This document shows, one piece after another, positions 9,763-18,326 of a stretch of 64,000 nucleotides of DNA. Every line of letters starts with the position of its first letter. The stretch's first letter is position 1. The position numbers and the translations under genes are program-made. The stretch spans positions 3,417-67,416 of the forward strand of contig JARGPD010000003.1 of assembly GCA_029212845.1 (NCBI GenBank), written 5' to 3'. A model generated the notes under the pieces. The model worked only from the letters and a program-made list of their open reading frames with translations. It was not told the origin of the DNA and did not search any database. The stretch comes from Planctomycetota bacterium (GTDB taxonomy: Bacteria; Planctomycetota; UBA1135; GCA-002686595).

Positions 9763-11178
9763 TTACTTGGCGTCGTCCTTGCTCGGAAGCTCGGCCTCTT
9801 CGGTCTCTACCGCGGCGGCGCCGCGGGGCTCGACACCCTCGTACAGGTGCTTGTTGCGCACGTCCTTGGTGCGGTCGTAGATGACGCTACCCTCGACGAC
9901 GGCTTGCTCGACGAAGGAGGTCATGTCGAGCGGGTCGCCGGTCAGGAGCAGCACGTTGGCCAGCTTGCCGACCTCGAGGCTGCCGACCTGGTCACCGAGG
10001 CCGATGATCTCGGCGGCGGTGGTCGTCACGGCTGCCATCGCGTCCTTCGGGCTCATGCCGTGGCCGACACAGACGGCGGCCTGGAACCAGAGCGAGTTGG
10101 TCGAGCTGTTGGCCGAGCTCAGCGCGAAGGGGATGCCCTTCTCGGCGAAGACGCCGGGCACGAAGGTCTCGGTCTCCTCCTCGGTGACCACGTCGGTCTC
10201 GACGTGGACGAGGTTGGAGTCGAGCACGACCGACAGGCCCGACGCGGCGATGGCGTCGGCGGCCTTCCAGCAGCTGTTGTCCAGCACGAGGGTCGTGCGC
10301 GCCGTCAGACCGTTCTTCGCGGCGAAGTCGATCGCGGGCTGCACGTCCATCGGGGCGCCGCAGTAGAGGAAGACGTCGTGACGCCCCTCGACCATCTCGA
10401 GCAGCGGCAGGATCTTCTCGTCGATCTCGGCACGGTCGACGTTCTCGAGGCCTTCGACCTTCCAGCCGGTGCCCGTCATGGCGCGGCCGGGGGCCTTGCC
10501 CTCTTCCAGGTCGCGGCCCTGGGCGAGGGCCTCGCGGCGCTCGTAGTCCTTGGTCTCTTGGGCGTCGGTGGCCAGCTCTTCGAGCTCCGAGCGCAGGTCG
10601 CCGAAGGCGCGCTCCAGGGCCTGACGCTGGGTCGCGCGCGACTTGCCACCCTTGGGCGCGATCGAGATCTTGAACCCGTAGTTCGGGCGCATGGTCATCT
10701 CTTCGACGGTCATGCCGGTCGGCTTGACGATGCGACCGTTGCCGGCCACGACCGTGTTGTTGCCCTGCTGCACGTTGATGGTCGTGATGCCCCAGCGCTT
10801 GCAGTCCTCGAAGTAGAAGCTGACCGGATCGATCGAGTCGCGCACGTTCAGGAACGGCGTCACGTCGAGGTTCTCGTTCGAGCGGTCCATGCCGCTGTCC
10901 GAGTGGGCCTCGACGAAGCCGGGCGAGGCGACGAAGTCCGGGCCGCCCAGCACGGGCGCGTCCCAGGGCTTCTCGACGTCGGCGGCGGCGCCGATCGCGG
11001 TGATGCGACCGTTCTCGATGACGATGACGCCGTCCACGATGTCATCGCCCGCTTGGGTGATGATGCGGCCGGCCTCGATCACCAGCTTGTCGCCAGCGGC
11101 GGCGTCCGCCACTTGCAAGGATCCGAGGAGGAGCGAGGCGCAAAGGGCGCCTTGGACGAGGGTCCGGGGGATGGTCAT
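9763..11178 (-). CDS. Secreted amidohydrolase-superfamily protein, partly degenerate metal site
   Basis: Signal peptide; PGFVEAHSD (second His replaced by Asp); later His/His/Asp ligands not seen; VGSLEVGKLANVLLLTGDP. Confidence 0.87.
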   Translation of the reverse strand: MTIPRTLVQGALCASLLLGSLQVADAAAGDKLVIEAGRIITQAGDDIVDGVIVIENGRITAIGAAADVEKPWDAPVLGGPDFVASPGFVEAHSDSGMDRSNENLDVTPFLNVRDSIDPVSFYFEDCKRWGITTINVQQGNNTVVAGNGRIVKPTGMTVEEMTMRPNYGFKISIAPKGGKSRATQRQALERAFGDLRSELEELATDAQETKDYERREALAQGRDLEEGKAPGRAMTGTGWKVEGLENVDRAEIDEKILPLLEMVEGRHDVFLYCGAPMDVQPAIDFAAKNGLTARTTLVLDNSCWKAADAIAASGLSVVLDSNLVHVETDVVTEEETETFVPGVFAEKGIPFALSSANSSTNSLWFQAAVCVGHGMSPKDAMAAVTTTAAEIIGLGDQVGSLEVGKLANVLLLTGDPLDMTSFVEQAVVEGSVIYDRTKDVRNKHLYEGVEPRGAAAVETEEAELPSKDDAK

Positions 11179-11240
11179 GATCCGTCGGGGAATGGGGGCT
11201 TGTTGGATGTTCGGTTGGGGCGGCGCTTTGCAGCAGGCCG

Positions 11241-12509
11241 CTAGTTCGAGCTGGTGAAGACGACCTCGCCGTTCAGCACGACGCCGACGACGCGGGAGGT
11301 CGCGGCGAAGGGCTCGCCGCTCCAGAGGATCAGGTCAGCGTCCTTGCCGACCTCGATGCTGCCCACGCGGTCGTCGACTCCAGCGAGGCGGGCAGGGGTG
11401 ATGGTCACGGCCGCGATGGCCTCGTCGCGGGTCAACCCGCCACGCATGGCGTAGCCGGCCTGGGCGCCGAGTTGTCCGGTCACGCTGCTCTGCCCGTGGC
11501 TCGAGAGGGCCACCGGAACGCCCAGGTCGACCAGGGTCTTGGCCGTGTTCCAGGCCAAGAAGCCGTTGTCGATCGCCGTGCGCCCCTGGGGCGCGTGGGG
11601 CGGCAGCACCGCAGCGGTGCCGGAGCGCACGAGCAGGCCGGGCTCTTTCCACGCCTCGGCAGCGGCGTCCACGACGAGCAGCGGCAGGCCGACCTCTTCC
11701 TTGAGGTAGATCGCCGTGCGGATGTCCTGGGTGGCCGAAGCCTGGACGAAGTAGGGACGCTCGCCCTCGAGCACCGAGGCCAGGATCTCCCAGCCTTCGA
11801 ACTGGCGCTCCTCGTTCTTCATCGCCGCGAGGGCGTCGTAGAAGCTCTTGCGGTGGACCCACTCGGTGCCCATGCGGGTCGTGGGACGGCGCGAGAAGTG
11901 ATCGGTCGGGCGGCCGTAGACGGGGTGGTTGCCGCGGCTCGCGTGGGAGCCGAAGGCGCCGCGCAGGGCCACGTCGGCCTCGACGAGGCGGTCCTCGATC
12001 GAGGGCTCGCCGCCGGTCTTGAGGACCGCCATCATGCCGCCGATGCAGGCCTCGTCGGCCGGGGTGTACATCACCGAGGTGACTCCGGTGCGCAGGAGCC
12101 GCTCCCAGCGCTTGTCGAACAGGTCGATGCCGTCCGTCGTGCTCAGGTACGGGATCGTCTCGGAGGACTCCTCGACCGACAGGTCGGCGAGGTGGATCCG
12201 GGGGCTGAGGTCGACCATGCCGGGCGTGATCGCGCCGACGTGGAGGCCCTCGTGGTCGCCCGAGGCGCCCGGCACGACGGCCGCGATCTTGGAGCCCGCG
12301 ATGGCGATCGTGCCGCCGTCGATGACGTCACCGGCAGCGGTGTAGATCTTGTCGGCCGACAGCAGCAGCTTGACGACCGGGGCGGAGGCCTCGACCGGCT
12401 CGGCGGTCTCGACCACCTCCCAGGTGATCTCGCCCGCGTTCGCGGTCAGGGACAGGGCGCCGAAGAGCAGCGGGGCGCCGAGCTGGAACAGGGTTCGGTC
12501 GGACATCAC
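11241..12509 (-). CDS. Secreted amidohydrolase-superfamily protein, probably non-catalytic
   Basis: Signal peptide ending LTANA; PGMVDLSPR instead of HxH; PTTRMG; VGSIEVGKDADLILWSGEP. Confidence 0.87.
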   Translation of the reverse strand: MMSDRTLFQLGAPLLFGALSLTANAGEITWEVVETAEPVEASAPVVKLLLSADKIYTAAGDVIDGGTIAIAGSKIAAVVPGASGDHEGLHVGAITPGMVDLSPRIHLADLSVEESSETIPYLSTTDGIDLFDKRWERLLRTGVTSVMYTPADEACIGGMMAVLKTGGEPSIEDRLVEADVALRGAFGSHASRGNHPVYGRPTDHFSRRPTTRMGTEWVHRKSFYDALAAMKNEERQFEGWEILASVLEGERPYFVQASATQDIRTAIYLKEEVGLPLLVVDAAAEAWKEPGLLVRSGTAAVLPPHAPQGRTAIDNGFLAWNTAKTLVDLGVPVALSSHGQSSVTGQLGAQAGYAMRGGLTRDEAIAAVTITPARLAGVDDRVGSIEVGKDADLILWSGEPFAATSRVVGVVLNGEVVFTSSN

Positions 12510-13672
12510 TTGGCGTCTCCTTCGGTCGCTTCGACCTGGGCGCCGTCCACGTAGACGGCCTCGAGGGTGGTGGTGAGCTCGAGCGGGTCACCGCTCCAGA
12601 GGACCAGGTCGGCGTCCAAGCCAGCGGCCACGCGGCCGACTCGGCCGGACACGCCCAGCATCGCCGCCGGGCTGGCGGTCAGGGAGTTCCAGAGGGCGCC
12701 TCGGTCGATGCCTTCGCGGGCGGCGAGGGCCGCGCCGAAGCGCAGGCAGTCCGCGCCACTACCGGTGTCGGCCAGTCCGAAGGCGAAGGGCACGCCGGCC
12801 TCGACCAGCGCGGTGATCGACTCGTAGCGCCAGGGCGAAGTGCCCATGCCGAGCGGGCTGAGGGCGACCGCGTGGCCGGCCTCGGCGAGCTCGGGGGCGA
12901 AGTCCCCGGCGCGGTCCGCACCGCGCAGGGTGGCCTTGAGGCCGGTCCGCTTGAGCAGGTCGAGCGCGCGGCGGATCTCGTGGCGCGCCGAGACGGCAAC
13001 CTCGAGGCCGAGCTCGCCCGCCACGACCTTGCCGAAGGCGCCTTGGCCCTCGGTGAAGCGCGCCTCGACCGCGTGGACCGCGCCGGCGTAGCTGGTCGGG
13101 AAGCGGTTGCCGCGCAGGGCCGGCGGTGCCAGGCACAGGGCCAGGTGGGAGCTCTCGTTCAGCATCGTGCCGCCGCTCGTCTTGACGACCGCGCCGGTGC
13201 CGCCGGCCACGTTGCCGCGGCCGGAGGTCAGCCCGAAGCTGGTCACGCCAGCGCCGGTGGCCTTGGCCAGGCTCGAGTCGTCGGGGTCGAAGCCGTCGCG
13301 CAGCTCCAGGTCGCCCAGGAAGGCGCGCGTCGAGTCGTCGGCACCGGAGACCATGCCATAGGTGCCGTTGGCGGCCACGATGCCAGCCGTCAGCCAGCCC
13401 TCGTGTTCGATCACCCGGATCGTGTCGGCGAGGGTGCCCTGCAAGTCGGCCGCGGGGCCGACTGCGAGGATCTTGCCGCCATCCACGAGCACGAGGCCGT
13501 TCTCGATCACCGTGCCGCCGTCGACGGCCACGTGATCGGCGATCAGGGCGAAGGCCTCGGCCGAGGGGGTCTCGGCGGCCGCCGGAGCGGCCAGGAGCAG
13601 GGCACCCGCGAGGGCGCTGGTCAGGGTGGAGATGCCCATGGGAAGCTTGGTTCGGTTCTTGGTGTTCCTCAC
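12506..13672 (-). CDS. Secreted amidohydrolase-superfamily protein, probably non-catalytic
   Basis: GTGA overlap with the upstream stop; signal ALAGALLLAAPAAA; AGIVAANG instead of HxH; FPTSYAGA; VGRVAAGLDADLVLWSGDP. Confidence 0.85.
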   Translation of the reverse strand: MRNTKNRTKLPMGISTLTSALAGALLLAAPAAAETPSAEAFALIADHVAVDGGTVIENGLVLVDGGKILAVGPAADLQGTLADTIRVIEHEGWLTAGIVAANGTYGMVSGADDSTRAFLGDLELRDGFDPDDSSLAKATGAGVTSFGLTSGRGNVAGGTGAVVKTSGGTMLNESSHLALCLAPPALRGNRFPTSYAGAVHAVEARFTEGQGAFGKVVAGELGLEVAVSARHEIRRALDLLKRTGLKATLRGADRAGDFAPELAEAGHAVALSPLGMGTSPWRYESITALVEAGVPFAFGLADTGSGADCLRFGAALAAREGIDRGALWNSLTASPAAMLGVSGRVGRVAAGLDADLVLWSGDPLELTTTLEAVYVDGAQVEATEGDAK

Positions 13673-15093
13673 AGCTCGACGACCTCGCCAGCGGTGAAGA
13701 CGTGGGTCGGGCGGCCCTGCAGGGGGGCGCCGTCGAGGACGAGCAGCTCGGCGACCTTGCCGACCTCGACGCTGCCGAAGCGGTCGGCGAGGTCGAAGGT
13801 CCGGGCGGCGCCAAGGGTCAGGGCTTCGAAGGCTGCCTCGCGCTCGAGGCCGCCGGCGATCGCCAGGTGCGCCAGGATCGGGAGGTCCGCCGCGCGGTCG
13901 CCGCCGGTCCCGATGAGGACCTCGACGCCAGCCTCGGCCAGGGTGCCGAAGAGGCTGTTGTCGAAGCCGCTGCGCTCGCCGTTGGCGCGGGCGCCGGGAG
14001 CGAGGGGCTGCAGCAGGACGGCGATGTCGCGCTCGGCCAGCTGCTTGGCGAAGGGCGCGGCGCCGGTCGCGCCGCTGATCACGAGGCGCAGGCGACCGAA
14101 CCCTTCGGTCGCGGCGAGCAGGGCACGCAGCTCGGCGGCGCCATGGGCTTCGACGACGAGCGGCAGCTCACCGTGGGCGACGCGGGCGAAGACCTCGCTG
14201 TCGGCGTCGTAGCGCGGCGTCCGGGGGCGCTTGTCTTCCTTATATCGCTCCTCCTTGAACTCCTTGTCCTTCTCCTCCGCCTTCTCGATCTCCTTCTCGC
14301 GGTCCTTCTTCGCCTTCTTGAAGTCCTTCTCGAGCTCAGCCTCCTTCTCGGCGATGGCCGCCTCCCACTCCTTGAGCTCGTAGGCGTACTCGACCTGGGC
14401 CTCGCGGTAGGAGAGGCCACCGGAGATCATCGAGCCGATGCGGTCGGCCTCCATCACGCGATCGAAGACGTCCCCGCGGCCACCGCGGGACACGCCACAG
14501 GTCACGTTGAGGTTGGCGTCGTCGAGCACCACCAGGTGCTCAGCGGAGGCGGACGGGCGCAGGATCGCGCCGAGGCCACCGACGAACGCGTTCTGACCGA
14601 CCTGGGTGCGGGTCATCAAAACCCCGGCCTCCCGGGCCCACTGCCGCGCGTACTTCTCGCCGAAGGGGCTGGCCGCCTTGGCCGTGGCCGTCGAGGCCTC
14701 GGTCCCGAGGTCGCTCGCGCTGGCGGAGTCGATGCCCAGGGTCGACCAGGGGTCGATGAAGCCGGCGCAGACCTCCTTACCCTCGACGATGATCGTGTCC
14801 TCGTCGACCTCGAGGCCCTGGCCGACGGCGACGATGAAGCCGCCACGGATGAGCACCTCGGCGTTCTCGAGGACCTCACCGGGACGCACGTGGACGCGCT
14901 CGGCGCGCAGCAGCGTGGCGGGCTCGGCAGGGGCGACGACCTCGACCGGCTCCTCCTCGACGGGTTCCTCGGGGGCGGGGGTCTCCTCAGGGGTCTCGAC
15001 GGGCGCAGGCGCCGGGTCGTCGGTGAGGGCCCAGAGGGGCGCTCCCACCGCCAGGAGGAGAGTAAGGCTTCGGGTTAGGCTTGTCGGCAACAT
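13669..15093 (-). CDS. Secreted amidohydrolase-superfamily protein (first gene of the array), non-catalytic, with a charged coiled-coil insert
   Basis: Signal peptide, Pro/Glu-rich linker; AGFIDPWS instead of HxH; insert AEKEAELEKDFKKAKKDREKEIEKAEEKDKEFKEERYKEDK; FGSVEVGKVAELLVLDGAP. Confidence 0.87.
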   Translation of the reverse strand: MLPTSLTRSLTLLLAVGAPLWALTDDPAPAPVETPEETPAPEEPVEEEPVEVVAPAEPATLLRAERVHVRPGEVLENAEVLIRGGFIVAVGQGLEVDEDTIIVEGKEVCAGFIDPWSTLGIDSASASDLGTEASTATAKAASPFGEKYARQWAREAGVLMTRTQVGQNAFVGGLGAILRPSASAEHLVVLDDANLNVTCGVSRGGRGDVFDRVMEADRIGSMISGGLSYREAQVEYAYELKEWEAAIAEKEAELEKDFKKAKKDREKEIEKAEEKDKEFKEERYKEDKRPRTPRYDADSEVFARVAHGELPLVVEAHGAAELRALLAATEGFGRLRLVISGATGAAPFAKQLAERDIAVLLQPLAPGARANGERSGFDNSLFGTLAEAGVEVLIGTGGDRAADLPILAHLAIAGGLEREAAFEALTLGAARTFDLADRFGSVEVGKVAELLVLDGAPLQGRPTHVFTAGEVVEL

Positions 15094-15431
15094 GAAGAAG
15101 AGGCGGGGTCGAGGTGGGCGCTGGAGTTTCGCCAGCGACCGAACGCCATTTTTCGAAGGGGTTTCCGAGGGTCGCGATCGCGGGAAGATCGAACGCCCGC
15201 GTTACCGCAAGGGCGTAGATGTGCTGATCCTAGGACAGGTTGCCAACTTCCGACATCCCTCCAAAGGGCCCGCTGCACTTCCTTTGCAATTGGAAGCCGG
15301 GCTCCTCACGAGGCCCTAGGGGAGGGCGAGACGACCGCCGGCCCGCCCTCGTCGACGCGCTAGCCCCAACTCCGGAGGGGAAACACCGATTCCGGACGTT
15401 CGGTCCCTGCCTCGATCCGGCTCGCGTGCCC

Positions 15432-15950
15432 GTGAACAGTACTCCCACGAACCTGTTCCATCCCCTCCTGTTCGAGCCCAGCTATTGGCAGGAACGCCTG
15501 GCCAAGCTCAGCGGGCGTGCTCGGAGGATGATGATCGTCCCCAGGCCCGACCTCGGTCATGGGGGCCTGGAGGTGGTTGAGCTGCTGCTGCGCTCCCACG
15601 ATGATGTCCGCCTGCGCGGCATCGTGGCCTTCTGGCCCATCGCCGGGCCGCCGCGGCGCGTCCGCCTCCACTGGCCGCTCCAGACGGATGCTTCCGAGCT
15701 CGACCTCGACTCGGTCACCGTTGAGGCTGCTGACCTCTACCTGTACAGGGACCCGGACCGCCGCTTGGAGGACCGGGTCCTCGACTTCCTGTGCCTGATC
15801 TGCGGCGCCAAGGGCATGCCCGGGGTGCGCGGCACGGTCCCGACGATCTGCCTGGCGGCCGGCCAGGAGACGCCGGACGAGTACCGCATCGGCAAGGCTC
15901 TGCTCGAGCGCGGCTGGTGCTCCTCGATCGAGGTCGAAGAGGGCCCATAG
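15432..15950 (+). CDS. Hypothetical protein, possibly a truncated/degenerate acetyl-xylan-esterase-like (alpha/beta hydrolase) protein
   Basis: In-frame GTG within ORF 15240..15950. YWQERLAKL...LEVVELLLRSHDDVRLRGIVAFWP...VRLHW resembles the AXE1 N-terminus; no GxSxG. Start uncertain. Confidence 0.5.
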   Translation: MNSTPTNLFHPLLFEPSYWQERLAKLSGRARRMMIVPRPDLGHGGLEVVELLLRSHDDVRLRGIVAFWPIAGPPRRVRLHWPLQTDASELDLDSVTVEAADLYLYRDPDRRLEDRVLDFLCLICGAKGMPGVRGTVPTICLAAGQETPDEYRIGKALLERGWCSSIEVEEGP

Positions 15951-16089
15951 GGAAGACTTTGATGGGTGTTTCGTTGCCCTTTAGGGGTCACCCTCGGGCG
16001 GGCGGGCCGACCCCGTCCGTCCGCGTCACGTGGTGAAGGCTCCAAAGCAGCCCTCGGGTTCGGTGCTTGCCGTAGTAAACTCCCGCGCG

Positions 16090-16899
16090 ATGGCCTTCGA
16101 CCCCAGGCAGGTCGCCCAGCGGGCGACACGGCGCGCCCTGGCCGACACGGCGCGCACGGACCGGCCCAGCCCGGCCATGGGAGGGGTGCATGTTGCGATC
16201 CGGGGCCAAGCGGGCCTGGACGCGCGCCCCGAGGCCCCCGACTCGCCCCCGGTGGACGGGCCCGAGCGCCAGCTGATCACCGCCGAAGCCCTGCTGCTCG
16301 TGCGCGACGGCACCGACTTCCAGCTGCCCCCCGGCGCCCTGGTCACGGACCTCGCCCGGGACGAAGCCGCCAGCCGGGGCATCCGCTTGGTGCGCCCCGC
16401 CGCCGCCCCGGTGCGCACCCACGCCAGCCCCCTGAAGGTCGCCGTGGGCTCTGACCATGGGGGCTTCCCGCTCAAGCGCGAGCTGCTCGACTGGGTGCGC
16501 GCCCTCGGGCACCAGCCGATCGACTTCGGCACCACCGGGACCCAGGCCGTCGACTACCCGGACTTCGCCGCGGCCGTCGCCGAGGCTGTGGCCGCCGGCA
16601 CCTGCGACGTGGGGGTCTGCATCGACGGCGCCGGCATCGGCTCGGCAATGGCCGCCAACAAGGTGCCCGGCATCCGGGCCGCCAACTGCTGGAACATCGC
16701 CTCGGCCAGCAACGCCCGCGAGCACAACTATGCCAACGTGCTGTGCCTCGGGGGCCCCAAGCTCGAGGCGCCCCTGGCCCTCGAGATCCTGCAGACCTTC
16801 CTGGGCACCCCCTTCGGCGCGGACCGGCACGGTCGCCGCGTCGACAAGATCACCCGCATTGAAGAGCGCTACGCGCGCCGGACAGAGACGCGACGATGA
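16090..16899 (+). CDS. rpiB: Ribose-5-phosphate isomerase B with a long microcompartment-type N-terminal extension
   Basis: VAVGSDHGG, VDYPDFA, GVCIDGAGIGSAMAANKVPGIRAA, AREHNYANVLCLG, RHGRRVDKI; extension contains LITAEAL...PGALVTDLARDEAASRGI. Confidence 0.93.
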   Translation: MAFDPRQVAQRATRRALADTARTDRPSPAMGGVHVAIRGQAGLDARPEAPDSPPVDGPERQLITAEALLLVRDGTDFQLPPGALVTDLARDEAASRGIRLVRPAAAPVRTHASPLKVAVGSDHGGFPLKRELLDWVRALGHQPIDFGTTGTQAVDYPDFAAAVAEAVAAGTCDVGVCIDGAGIGSAMAANKVPGIRAANCWNIASASNAREHNYANVLCLGGPKLEAPLALEILQTFLGTPFGADRHGRRVDKITRIEERYARRTETRR

Positions 16900-17771
16900 G
16901 CCAGCTCACCGAGAAGGAACTCGAGGACCTCCTGACCGAGATCGGTCGCCAGATCCTGGACCAGGGCGTCGGCTCGATCGGCCGCCTCGGCCAGTGGGGT
17001 TGCAGCACGGTCTCGGTGGAGATCTGCCCGGACCGGATCAACGCCGTCATCGATGCGGGCGCCTGCCGCTTCGGGGTGGCGAGCACCAGCGCGCCCAGCC
17101 TCGCCAACGTCGCCGGCTACATCGACCACACCCTGCTGAAGGCGGACGCGACCCTCTCCGACATCGACGCGCTCTGCTCGGACGCCCTGCGCCACAGCTT
17201 CGCTTCGGTCTGCGTCAACGGCGTCCACGTTCGTCGCTGCGCCGAGATCCTGGCCGGCTCGCCGGTCAAGGTGTGCACCGTGGTCGGCTTCCCGCTCGGC
17301 GCCATGGCCCCCGAGGTCAAGGTCTACGAAGCGCGTCGCGCGATCGAGGACGGCGCCACCGAGATCGACATGGTGATGAACATCGGCGCGCTCAAGTCCG
17401 GCGACAACGACTTCGTGCGCCGCGACATCGCCGGGCTCGCCGAGACCTGCCACCGCATGGGCGCGAAGCTCAAGGTGATCCTCGAGACCTGCCTCCTGAA
17501 CGACGAGGAGAAGCGCCGCGCGTCGATCCTGTGCAAGGAGGCCAACGCCGACTTCGTCAAGACGTCGACCGGCTTCTCGTCCGGTGGCGCGACCTTGCAC
17601 GACGTCGAGCTGATGCGCCGCGCCGTCGGCCCCGAGATGGGCGTCAAGGCCTCGGGCGGCGTGCGCGATGCGGCCGACCTGAAGGCGATGGTCGAGGCCG
17701 GCGCGACGCGCATCGGCGCCTCGGCCTCGGTCGAGATCGTCAGCGGCGGGACCTCGAGCGGCGGCTACTGA
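16896..17771 (+). CDS. deoC: Deoxyribose-phosphate aldolase with an N-terminal encapsulation-peptide-like extension
   Basis: IDHTLLK, CTVVGFPLG, EIDMVMNIG, KVILET, DFVKTSTGF, GVKASGGVR, RIGAS; ATGA overlap with rpiB. Confidence 0.96.
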   Translation: MSQLTEKELEDLLTEIGRQILDQGVGSIGRLGQWGCSTVSVEICPDRINAVIDAGACRFGVASTSAPSLANVAGYIDHTLLKADATLSDIDALCSDALRHSFASVCVNGVHVRRCAEILAGSPVKVCTVVGFPLGAMAPEVKVYEARRAIEDGATEIDMVMNIGALKSGDNDFVRRDIAGLAETCHRMGAKLKVILETCLLNDEEKRRASILCKEANADFVKTSTGFSSGGATLHDVELMRRAVGPEMGVKASGGVRDAADLKAMVEAGATRIGASASVEIVSGGTSSGGY

Positions 17772-17790
17772 GCCCCGCCCGGGACCATCA

Positions 17791-18177
17791 CTAGGCGCTG
17801 TCGCTCTGGTGGTCGAAGCCGACCCGGTAGGTCGCGCGCACGACCCCCTTGCTGGTCTCGACCTCCTTCACGAAGTCCGCACCATTCTTGGTGAGGTAGC
17901 GATCGCGCTCGCAGACCCAGCGATGGGTGATCGGGTTGTAGTGGTAGGACTGCCGCATGGTGAGCTCGGCCCCGCGGCCCCATCCGTTCCCGGCTTGCTG
18001 CAGCTGGGTGGCAAGCAGCGCCTCGGGGTCGTCCGTCTCTTCGCTGATCATGAAGGGCAAGAGCGGAGCGACCGCACCGAAGAGCGCCTGCCTCAGGCCA
18101 TCCAGCTCCTGAGAGTTCAACCCTGCATAGGTCGGGGACAGGTCGATGTCGAACGAGACGCGAAGCGTGTAAATCAT
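17791..18177 (-). CDS. Hypothetical protein (128 aa)
   Basis: C-terminal part of ORF 17791..19116 from MIYTLRVSFDIDL; protein-like composition; fills the gap between the kinase and deoC. Confidence 0.6.
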   Translation of the reverse strand: MIYTLRVSFDIDLSPTYAGLNSQELDGLRQALFGAVAPLLPFMISEETDDPEALLATQLQQAGNGWGRGAELTMRQSYHYNPITHRWVCERDRYLTKNGADFVKEVETSKGVVRATYRVGFDHQSDSA

Positions 18178-18326
18178 GGCGGGGGGAGGGGATCGATGTA
18201 CGAGCGCGGACCCGCCCCTACTTCGGCACCAAGCTCCGGTGAGTTCAGCTGGTTCTCTGAAACCCGGTAAGACGCCCGGCGGCCCAGGAGGCTGGCACCT
18301 GCCCCAGCTCCAGCCCGATCCCCCCG

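Noticed and set aside
23..15078. Long plus-strand ORFs over the amidohydrolase array (e.g. 23..1981, 7662..9884, 9559..11244)
   Set aside because: Antisense shadows of high-GC genes with no recognisable motifs; the minus-strand frames carry the conserved family motifs.
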